From the NCBI GenBank assembly GCA_964016885.1, contig OZ024757.1, positions 1,054,001-1,118,000 of the forward strand: 64,000 nt of DNA. Reading direction: 5' to 3'. The number at the start of each line of letters is the position of its first letter. Position 1 is the first letter of the stretch. This document shows positions 52,701-64,000 of this stretch, one piece after another. Position numbers and translations under genes: made by a program. This DNA is from Eledone cirrhosa (Eukaryota). The notes beneath the pieces are model-generated. The model ran no database searches and was not told where the DNA came from. It saw only the letters and a program-made list of their open reading frames with translations.

Positions 52701-55700
52701 GTACTCTCAGTCACACCACACCATAGACTTGTAGTCCTGTCTAGGGGGAGTCTTGTATTCTCAGTCACACCATAGACTGGTGTCCTGTCTAGGGGGCGTC
52801 TTGTACTCTCAGTCACACCATAGACTTGTGTCCTGTCTATGTGGGAGTCTTGTACTCTGTTTCACCATAGACTGGTGTCCTGTCCAGGGGGAGTCTTGTA
52901 CCTTCAGTCACGCCATAGACTAGTGTCCCGTCTAGGGGGAATCTTATGCTCTCAGTCACACCATAGAATGGTGTCATGTTTAAGCGGAGTATTGTACTCT
53001 CAGCCACACCACACCGTATACTGGTGTACTGTTCAGGGGATGTCTTGTACTCTCAATCACACCATAGACTTATGTCCTGTCTAGGGGGAGTCTTGTACTC
53101 TCAGTCACACCATTGACTGGTGTCCTGTCCAGGGGAAGTCCTGTACTCTTAGTCACACCACAAAATAGACTGGTGTCCTGTCTAGGGGGAGTCTTGTACT
53201 CTCAGTCACACCATAGACTGGTGTCCTGTCTAGGTGCGAGTCTTGTATTCTGTCACACTATAGACTGGTGTCCTGTCCAAGGGGAGTCTTGTAATCTCAG
53301 TCACACCATAGACTGGTGTCCTGTGTAGGGGGAGTCTTGTACTCTCAGTCACACGACACCATAGACTGGTGTCCTGTCTAGGGGGACTCGTGTACTCTCA
53401 GTCACACCATAGACTGGTGTCCTGTCTAGGAGGAGTTTTGTACTCTCAGTCACACCATAGACTGGTGTCCTGTCTAGGAGGAGTCTTGTACTCTCAGTCA
53501 CACCATAGACTGGTGTCCTGTCTAGGAGGAGTCTTGTACTCTCAGTCACACCATAGACTAGTGTCCTGTCTAGGAGGAGTCTTGTACTCTCAGTCACACC
53601 ATAGACTGGTGTGCTGTCTAGGAGGAGCCTTGTATTCTCAGTCACACCATAGACTGGTGTCCTGTCTAGGGGGAGTCTTGTACTCTCAGTCACATCATAG
53701 ACTGGTGTCCTGTCTAGGGGGAGTCTTGTAGACTCAGTCACACCATAGATGGTGTCCTGTCTAGGGGGAGTCTTGTACTCTCAGTCACACCATAGACTGC
53801 TGTCCTGTCTAGGGAGGAGTCTTGTACTCTCAGTCACACCATAGACTGGTGTCCTGTCTAGGGGGAGTCTTCTGCTCTCAGTCACACCATACACTGGTGT
53901 CCTGTCTAGGGGGAGTCTTGTAGTCTCAGTCACACCATAGACTGGTGTCCTGTCTAGGGGGAGTCTTGTACTCTCAGTCACAACATTGACTAGTGTCCTG
54001 TCTAGGGTGAGTGTTGTACTCTCAGTCACACCACACCATAAACTGGTCTCCTGTGCAGGGGGAGTCCTGTACTCTCAGCCACACCATAGACTGGTGTCCT
54101 GTCCAGGGGGAGTCCTGTACTCTCAGTCACAGCATGGAGAGGTGTCCTGTCTAGGGGGATTCTTGTATTCTCAGTCCACCACACCATAGACTGGTGTCCT
54201 GTCCAGGGGGAGACTTGTACTCTCAGTCACACCATAGACTAGAGTCCTGTCCAGGGGAAGTTTTGTACTCTCAGTCACAACATAGACTGGCGTCCTGTCC
54301 AGGGGAAGTCTTGTACTCTCAGTCACACTACACCATAGACTGGTGCCCTGTCTAGGGGCAGTCCTATACTCTCAGTCACACCATTGACTGGTGTCCTGTT
54401 GAGGGGAAGTCTTGTACTCTCAGTCACACCACACCATAGACTTGTGTCCTGTCCAGTGTAAGTCTTGTACTCTCAGTCACACCACACCATAGACTGGTGT
54501 CCTGTCTAGGGTACTCTTGTACTCTCAGTCACACCACACCATAGACTGGTGTCCTGTCTAGGGGGACTCTTGTACTCTGTCACATCACACCGTTGACTAG
54601 TGTCCTGTTTAGGGGGAATCTTGTACTCTCAGTCACACCATAGACTGGTGTCCTGTCTATGGGATTCTTGTACTAACAGTCACACCAAACAATGGACTAG
54701 TGTCCTGTCTAGCGTGAGTCTTGTACTCTCAGTTACAACATAGACTGGTGTCCTGTCTAGGAGGGGTCTTGTACCCTCAGTCACACCATAGACTGGAGTC
54801 CAGGGGGCGTCTTGTACTCTAAGTCACAATACACCATAGACTGGTGTCCTGCCCAGGGGAAGTTTGTACTCTCAGTCACACCATAGACTGGTGTCCTGCC
54901 CAGGGGAAGTTTGTACTCTCAGTCACACCATAGACTGGAGTCCAGGGGGCGTCTTGTACTCTAAGTCACAATACACCATAGACTGGTGTTCTGTCCAGGG
55001 GGAGTTTTATACTCTGTCACACCATAGACTGGTGTCTTGTCCAGGGGAAGTTTTGTACTCTCAGTCACACCATAGACTGGTGTCCTGTCCACGTGAAGTT
55101 TGTACACTCAGTCACACATAGACTGGTGTCTTGTCCAGGGGAAGTCTTGTACTCTCAGTCACACCATAGACTGGTGTCCTGTCCACGGGAAGTTTGTACT
55201 CTCAGTCACACCATAGACTGGTGTCCTGTTTAGGGGGATTCTTGTACTCTCAGTCACAACATAGACTGGTGTCCTGTCTAGGGGGATTCTTGTACTCTCA
55301 GTCACACCATAGACTGGTGTCCTCTCTAGGAGGAGTCTTGTATTCTCAGTCACATCATAGACTGGTGTCCTGTCTAGGGGGAGTCTTGTACTCTCAGTCA
55401 CATCTTAGACTGGTGTCCTGTCTAGGGGGAGTCTTGTACTCTCAGTCACATCTTAGACTGGTGTCCTGTCCAGGGTGAGTCTTGTACTCTCAGGTACACC
55501 ACACCATAGACTGCTGTCCGTTCAATGGGGAGTCTTCTACTCTCAGTCACACCATAGACTGGTGTCCTGTCCAGGGGAAGTATTGTACTCTCAGTCAAAC
55601 CATAGACTGGTGTCCTGTCTAGGGGACTCTTGTACTCTCAGTCACACGACACCAGAGACTGGTGTCCTGTCTAGGGGGAGACTTGTACTCTCGGTCACAC

Positions 55701-58700
55701 AATAGACGGGTGTCCTACTAGGGGAAGTCGTATACTCTCAGTCACACCATGCATTAGTGTCCTGTCTAGGGGGAGTCTTGTACTCTCAGTCCCGCCACAC
55801 CGTAAACTAGTGTCATGTTTAGAGGGAGTCTTGTACTCTTAGTCACACCATAGACTGGTGTCCTGTCCAGAGGGCGTCTCGTACTATCAGTCACACCATA
55901 GACTGGTGCCCTGTATAGAGGGAGTCTTGAACTCTAAGTCACACCATCGATTGGTGTCCTGTCTAGGGGGAGTCTTGTACTCTCAGTCACAACATAGATT
56001 GGTGTCCTGTCTAAGGGGAGTCTTGTACTCTCAGTCACACCATAGACTGGTGTCCTGTACAGGGGAAGACTTGTACTCTCAGTCACACTATAGACTTATG
56101 TCCTGTCTAGGGGGACTCTTGTACTCTGTCACACCATAGACTGGTGTCCTCTCTAAGGGGAGTCTTGTACTCTCAGTCACACGACACCATAGACTGGTGT
56201 CCTGTCTAGGGGTACTCGTGTACTCTCAGTCACACCATAGACTGGCGTTCTGTCTAGGAGGAGTCTTGTACTCTCAGTCACACCATAGACTAGTGTCCTG
56301 TCTAGGAGGAGTGTTGTACTCACAGTCACACCATAGACTGGTGTCCTGTCTAGGAGGAGTCTTGTACTCTCAGTCACACCATAGACTGGTGTCCTGTCTA
56401 GGAGGAGTCTTGTACTCTAAGTCACACCATAGACTGGTGTCCTGTCTAGGAGGAGTCTTGTACTCGTAGTCACACCATCAACTGGTGTCCTGTGTAGGGG
56501 GAGACTTGTACTCTCAATCACACCATATACTGGTGTTCTGTCTAGGAGGTGTCTTGTACTCTCAGTCACACCATAGACTGGTGTCCTGTCTAGGAGGAGT
56601 CTTGTACTCTCAGTCACACCATAGACTAGTGTCCTGTCTAGGGGGAGTCTTGTACTCTCAGTCACATCATAGACTGGTGTCCTGTCTAGGGGGAGTCTTG
56701 TAGACTCAGTCACACCATAGATTGGTGTCCTCTCTAGGGGGAGTCTTGTACTCTCAGTCACACCATAGACTGGTGTCCTGTCTAGGGATGAGTCTTGTAC
56801 TCTCAGTCACACCATAGACTGGTGTCCTGTCTACGGGGAGTCTTCTGCTCTCAGTCACACCATAGACTGGTGTCCTGTCTAGGGGGAGTCTTGTAGTCTC
56901 AGTCACACCATTGACTGGTGTCCTGTCTAGGGGGAGTCTTGTACTCTCAGTCACAACATTGACTAGTGTCCTGTCTAGGGTGAGTGTTGTACTCTCAGTC
57001 ACACCACACCATAAACTGGTCTCCTGTGCAGGGGGAGTCCTGTACTCTCAGCCACACCATAGACTGGTGTCCTGTCCAGGGGGAGTCCTGTACTCTCAGT
57101 CACAGCATGGACAGGTGTCCTGTCTAGGGGGATTCTTGTATTCTCAGTCCACCACACCATAGACTGGTGTCCTGTCCAGGGGTAGACTTGTATTCTCAGT
57201 CACACCATAGACTAGAGTCCTGTCCAGGGGAAGTTTTGTACTCTCAGTCACAACATAGACTGGCGTCCTGTCCAGGGGAAGTCTTGTACTCTCAGTCACA
57301 CTACACCATAGATTGGTGCCCTGTCTAGGGGCAGTCCTGTACTCTCAGTCACACCATAGACTGGTGTCCTGTCTAGGGGCAGTCCTGTACTCTTAGTCAC
57401 ACCATAGACTGGTGTCCTGTTGAGGGGGAGTCTTGTACTCTCAATCACACCACATCATAGACTGGTGTCCTGTCCAGGGGAATTCTTGTACTCTCAGTCA
57501 CACTACACCATAGACTGCTGTCCTGTCTAGGGGCAGTCGTGTACTCTCAGTCACACCATAGACTGGTGTCCTGTTGAGGGGAAGTCTTGTACTCTCAGTC
57601 ACACCACACCATAGACCGGTGTCCTGTCCAGGGGAAGTCTTGTACTCTCAGTCACACCACACCATAGACTGGTGTCCTGTCTAGGGGACACTTGTACTCT
57701 AAGTCACACCACACCATAGACTGGTGTCCTGTCTAGGGGGACTCTTGTACTCTGTCACACCACACCGTTGACTAGTGTCCTGTTTAGGGGGAGTCTTGTA
57801 CTCTCAGTCACACCATAGACTGGTGTCCTGTCTATGGGAGTCTTGTACTCGCAGTCACACCAAACAATGGACTAGTGTCCTGTCTAGCGTGAGTCTTGTA
57901 CTCTCAGTCACACCATAGACTGGTGTCCTGTCCGAGGGAAGTTTGGACTCTCAGTCACACCATAGACTGGAGTCCAGGGGGCGTCTTGTACTCTAAGTCA
58001 CAATACACCATAGACTGGTGTTCTGTCCAGGGGGAGTCTTATACTCTCAGTCACACCATAGACTGGTGTCTTGTCCAGGGGAAGTCTTGTACTCTCAGTC
58101 ACACCATAGACTGGTGTCTTGTCCAGGGGAAGTCTTGTACTCTCAGTCACACCATAGACTGGTGTCCCGTCCACGGGAAGTTTGTACTCTCAGTCACACC
58201 ATAGACTGGTATCCTGTCTAGGGGGATTCTTGTACTCTCAGTCACAACATAGACTGGTGTCCTGTCTAGGGGGAGTCTTGTACTCTCAGTCACACCACAC
58301 CATAGACTGGTGTTCTGTCCAGGGAGAGTCTTTTACTCTCAGGTACACCACACCATAGACTGCTGTCCGTTCAATGGGGAGTCTTCTACTCTCAGTCACA
58401 CCATAGAATGGTGTCCTCTCCAGGGGAAGTATTGTACTCTCAGTCAAACCATAGACTGGTGTCCTGTCTAGGGGGACTCTTGTACTCTCAGTCACACGAC
58501 ACCAGAGACTGGTGTCCTGTCTAGGGGGAGCCTTGTACTCTCGGTCACACAATAGACGGGTGTCCTACTAGGGGAAGTCGTATACTCTCAGTCACACCAT
58601 GCATTAGTGTCCTGTCTAGGGAGAGTCTTGTACTCTCAGTCCCGCCACACCGTAAACTAGTGTCACGTTTAGAGGGAGTCTTGTACACTTAGTCACACCA

Positions 58701-61700
58701 TAGACTGGTGCCCTGTATAGAGGGAGTCTTGAACTCTAGGTCACACCATCGACTGGTGTCCTGTCTAGGGGAGGTCTTGTACTCTCAGTCACAACATAGA
58801 TTGGTATCCCGTCTAGGGGGAGTCTTGTACTCTCAGTCACACTATAGACTTATGTCCTGTCTAGGGGGACTCTAGTACTCTGTCACACCATAGACTGGTG
58901 TCCTGTCTAGGGGGAGTCTTGTACTCTCAGTCACACGACACCATAGACTGGTGTCCTGTCTAGGGGGACTCGTGTACTCTCAGTCACACCATAGACTGGT
59001 GTCCTGTCTAGGCGGAGTCTTGTACTCTCAGTCACACCATATATTGGTGTCCTGTCTAGGAGGAGTCTTGTATTCTCAGTCACACCATAGACTGGTGTCC
59101 TGTCTAGGAGGAGCGTTGTACTCACAGTCACACCATAGACTGGTGTCCTGTCTAGGAGGAGTCTTGTACTCGCAGTCACACCATAGACTGGTTTCCTTTC
59201 TAGGAGGAGTCTTGTACTCTCAGTCACACCATCAACTGGTGTCCTGTCTAGGGGGAGACTTGTACTCTCAATCACACCATATACTGGTGTTCTGTCTAGG
59301 AGGTGTCTTGTACTCTCAGTCACACCATAGACTGGTGTCCTGTCTAGGGGGAGTCTTGTACTCTGACACATCATAGACTGGTGTCCTGTCTAGGAGGAGT
59401 CTTGTATTCTCAGTCACACCATAGACTGGTGTCCTGTCTAGGAGGGGTCTTGTATTCTCAGTGACACCATAGACTGGTGTCATGTTTATGGGGGAGTCTT
59501 GTACTCTCAGTCACATCATAGACTGGTGTGCTGTCTAGGGGGAGTCTTGTAGACTCAGTCACACCATAGATTGTTGTCCTCTCTAGGGGGAGTCTTGTAC
59601 TCTCAGTCACATCATAGACTGGTGTCCTGTCTAGGGAGGAGTCTTGTACACTCAGTCACACCATAGACTGGTGTCCTGTCTAGGGTGAGTGTTCTGCTCT
59701 CAGTCACACCATAGACTGGTGTCCTGTCTAGGGGGAGTCTTGTACTCTAAGTCACAACATTGACTAGTGTCCTGTCTAGGGTGAGTGTTGTACTCTCAGT
59801 CACACCACACCATAAACTGGTCTCCTGTGCAGGAGGAGTCCTGTACTCTGAGCCACACCATAGACTGGTGTCCTGTCCAGGGGAGGTTTTGTACTCTCAG
59901 TCACACCATAGACTGGCGTCCTGTCCAGGGGAAGTCTTGTACTCTCAGTCACACTATACCATAGACTGGTGCCCTGTCTAGGGGCAGTCCTGTACTCTCA
60001 GTCACACCATAGACTGGTGTCCTGTCTAGGGGCAGTCATGTACTCTTAGTCACACCATAGACTGGTGTCCTGTCGAGGGGGAGTCTTGTACTCTCAATCA
60101 CACCACATCATAGACTGGTGTCCTGTCCAGGGGAAGTCTTGTACTCTCAGTCACACTACACCATAGACTGGTGTCCTGTCTAGGAGGAGTCTTGTACTCT
60201 CAGTCACACCAACGACTGGTGTTCTGTCTAGGGGGAGACTTGTACTCTCAATCACACCATATACTGGTGTTCCGTCTAGAAGGTGTCTTGTACTCTCAGT
60301 CACACCATAGACTGGTGTCCTGTCTAGGAGGAGTCTTGTACTCTCAGTCACACCATAGACTAGTGTCCTGTCTAGGGGGAGTCTTGTACTCTCAGATACA
60401 TCTTAGACTGGTGTCCTGTCTAGGAGGAGTCTTGTATTCTCAGTCACACCATAGACTGGTGTCCTCTCTAGGAGGAGTCTTGTATTCTCAGTCACATCAT
60501 AGTCTGGTGTCCTGTCTAGGGGGAGTCTTGTACTCTCAGTCACATCTTAGACTGGTGTCCTGTCTAGGGGGAGTCTTGTAGACTCAGTCACATCATAGAC
60601 TGGTGTCCTGTCTAGGGGGAGTCTTGTACACTCAGTCACACCACAGACTGGTGTCCTGTCTAGGGGGAGTCTTCTGCTCTCAGTCACACCATACACTGGT
60701 GTCCTGTCTAGAGGGAGTCTTGTAGTCTCAGTCACACCATAGACTGGTGTCCTGTCTAGGGGGAGTCTTGTACTCTCAGTCACAACATTGACTAGTGTCC
60801 TGTCTAGGGTGAGTGTTGTACTCTCAGTCACACCACACCATAAACTGGTCTCCTGTGCAGGGGGAGTCCTGTACTCTCAGCCACACCATAGACTGGTGTC
60901 CTGTCCAGGGGGAGTCCTGTACTCTAAGTCACAGCATGGACAGGTGTCCTGTCTAGGGGGATTCTTGTATTCTCAGTCCACCACACCATAGACTGGTGTC
61001 CTGTCCAGGGGGAGACTTGTACTCTCAGTCACAACATAGACTAGAATCCTGTCCAGGGGAAGTTTTGTACTCTGTCACACCATAGACTGGTGTCCTGTCC
61101 AGGGGAAGTCTTGTACTCTCAGTCACACCACACCATAGACTGCTGTCCTGTCTAGAGGACTCTTGTACTCTCAGTCACACCACACCATAGACTGGTGTCC
61201 TGTCTAGGGGGACTCTTGTACTCTGGCACACCACACCGTTGACTAGTGTCCTGTTTAGGGGGAGTCTTGTACTCTCAGTCACACCATAGACTGGTGTCCT
61301 GTCTATGGGAGTCTTGTACTCTCTGTCACACCAAACAATGGACTAGGGTCCTGTCTAGCGTGAGTCTTGTACTCTCAGTAACAACATAGGCTGGTGTCCT
61401 GTCTAGGAGGAGTCTTGTACCCTCAGTCACACCATAGACTGGAGTCCAGGGGGCGTCTTGTACTCTAAGTCCCAATACACCATAGACTGGTGTTCTGTCC
61501 AGGGGGAGTCTTGTTCTCTCAGTCACACCATAGACTGGTGTCTTGTCCAGGGGGAAGTCTTGTACTCTCAGTCACACCATAGACTGGTGTCCTGTCCAGG
61601 GGAAGTTTGTACTCTCAGTCACACCATATACTGGAGTCCAGGGGGCGTCTTGTACTCTAAGTCCCAATACACCATAGACTGGTGTTCTGTCCAGGGGGAG

Positions 61701-64000
61701 TCTTGTTCTCTCAGTCACACCATAGACTGGTGTCTTGTCCAGGGGGAATCCTGTACTCTCAGTCACACCATAGACTGGTGTCCTGTCCACGGGAAGTTTG
61801 TACTCTCAGTCACACCATAGACTGGTGTCCTGTCTAGGGGGATTCTTCTACTCTCAGTCACAACGTAGACTGGTGTCCTGTCTAGGGGGACTCTTGTACT
61901 CTCAGTCACACCACACCATAGACTGGTGTTCTGTCCAGGGTGAGTCTTGTACTCTCAGGTACACCACACCATAGACTGCTGTCCGTTCAATGGGGAGTCT
62001 TCTACTCTCAGTCACACCATAGACTGGTGTTCTGTCTAGGGGGACTCTTGTACTCTCAGTCACACGACACCAGAGACTGGTGTCCTGTCTAGGGGGAGTC
62101 TTGTACTCTCAGTCCCGCCACACCGTAAACTAGTGTCATGTTTAGAGGGAGTCTTGTACTCTTAGTCACACCATAGACTAGTGTCCTGTCCAGAGGGCGT
62201 CTCATACTCTCAGTCACACCATAGACTGGTGCCCTGTATAGAGGGAGTCTTGAACTCTAGGTCACACCATCGACTGGTGTCCTGTCTAGGGGGACTCGTG
62301 TACTCTCAGTCACACCACACCATAGGCTGGTGTCCTGTCTAGGGGGAGTGTTGTACTCTCAGTCACACCATAGACTGGTGTCCTGTCTAGGGGGAGTCTC
62401 GTATTCTCAGTCACACAATAGACTGGTGTCCTGTCTAGCGGGAAGTATTGTACTCTCAGTCACACCACACCATAGACTTGTAGTCCTGTCTAGGGGGAGT
62501 CTTGTATTCTCAGTCACACCATAGACTGGTGTCCTGTCTAGGGGGCGTCTTGTACTCTCAGTCACACCATAGACTTGTGTCCTGTCTATGTGGGAGTCTT
62601 GTACTCTGTTTCACCATAGACTGGTGTCCTGTCCAGGGGGAGTCTTGTACCTTCAGTCACGCCATAGACTAGTGTCCCGTCTAGGGGGAATCTTATGCTC
62701 TCAGTCACACCATAGAATGGTGTCATGTTTAAGCGGAGTCTTGTACTCTCAGCCACACCACACCGTATACTGGTGTACTGTTCAGGGGATGTCTTGTACT
62801 CTCAATCACACCATAGACTTATGTCCTGTCTAGGGGGAGTCTTGTACTCTCAGTCACACCATTGACTGGTGTCCTGTCCAGGGGAAGTCCTGTACTCTTA
62901 GTCACACCACAAAATAGACTGGTGTCCTGTCTAGGGGGAGTCTTGTACTCTCAGTCACACCATAGACTGGTGTCCTGTCTAGGTGCGAGTCTTGTATTCT
63001 GTCACACTATAGACTGGTGTCCTGTCCAAGGGGAGTCTTGTAATCTCAGTCACACCATAGACTGGTGTCCTGTGTAGGGGGAGTCTTGTACTCTCAGTCA
63101 CACGACACCATAGACTGGTGTCCTGTCTAGGGGGACTCGTGTACTCTCAGTCACACCATAGACTGGTGTCCTGTCTAGGAGGAGTTTTGTACTCTCAGTC
63201 ACACCATAGACTGGTGTCCTGTCTAGGAGGAGTCTTGTACTCTCAGTCACACCATAGACTGGTGTCCTGTCTAGGAGGAGTCTTGTACTCTCAGTCACAC
63301 CATAGACTAGTGTCCTGTCTAGGAGGAGTCTTGTACTCTCAGTCACACCATAGACTGGTGTGCTGTCTAGGAGGAGCCTTGTATTCTCAGTCACACCATA
63401 GACTGGTGTCCTGTCTAGGGGGAGTCTTGTACTCTCAGTCACATCATAGACTGGTGTCCTGTCTAGGGGGAGTCTTGTAGACTCAGTCACACCATAGATG
63501 GTGTCCTGTCTAGGGGGAGTCTTGTACTCTCAGTCACACCATAGACTGCTGTCCTGTCTAGGGAGGAGTCTTGTACTCTCAGTCACACCATAGACTGGTG
63601 TCCTGTCTAGGGGGAGTCTTCTGCTCTCAGTCACACCATACACTGGTGTCCTGTCTAGGGGGAGTCTTGTAGTCTCAGTCACACCATAGACTGGTGTCCT
63701 GTCTAGGGGGAGTCTTGTACTCTCAGTCACAACATTGACTAGTGTCCTGTCTAGGGTGAGTGTTGTACTCTCAGTCACACCACACCATAAACTGGTCTCC
63801 TGTGCAGGGGGAGTCCTGTACTCTCAGCCACACCATAGACTGGTGTCCTGTCCAGGGGGAGTCCTGTACTCTCAGTCACAGCATGGAGAGGTGTCCTGTC
63901 TAGGGGGATTCTTGTATTCTCAGTCCACCACACCATAGACTGGTGTCCTATCCAGGGGGAGACTTGTACTCTCAGTCACACCATAGACTAGAGTCCTGTC
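37790..64000. repeat. 48-bp satellite (46-53-bp variants), over 500 copies, SINE-derived, with 2.8-kb and about 9.7-kb higher-order repeats; runs off the window end
   Basis: monomer ccatagactggtgtcctgtctagggggagtcttgtactctcagtcaca; matching ORF strings offset by 2801, 9699-9749 and 12500 bp. Confidence 0.98.

Noticed and set aside
37729-63938. TESTRLPLDRTPVYGV-repeat and SQSHHRLVSCLGG-repeat ORFs
   Set aside because: The 48-bp monomer equals 16 codons, frames are broken constantly by 46-53-bp variants, and the unit derives from a non-coding SINE.

Overview
Gene-poor, repeat-dominated eukaryotic DNA. The AT-rich background, long (TA)n/(TG)n tracts, tRNA-derived SINEs and RTE-type LINE remnants with (GAT)n tails suggest a mollusc, probably a coleoid cephalopod such as Octopus (inference). 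About 46 kb is four tandem arrays with 72-, 38-, 44- and 48-bp monomers, three of them with higher-order repeats. Nearly all ORFs in the track are artefacts of these repeats, and I see no intact protein-coding gene. Main observations: (1) Three arrays trace to a seed still visible in the window. The 48-bp monomer is a CpG-decayed piece of a nearby SINE, the 44-bp array expanded inside an RTE-like LINE ORF2 segment, and the 38-bp array appears to have expanded inside an 87-nt exon-like segment bounded by splice-site-like motifs. (2) Two long near-perfect palindromes at 32.4 and 33.2 kb each carry a minimal type I hammerhead ribozyme motif on both arms. (3) A Penelope-like GIY-YIG fragment has a fold-back 5' end and a degenerate hammerhead. 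(4) A chimeric RTE-RT/CRE-like RLE remnant is present twice. All calls were made by eye and none were checked against databases; copy numbers are length/period estimates.
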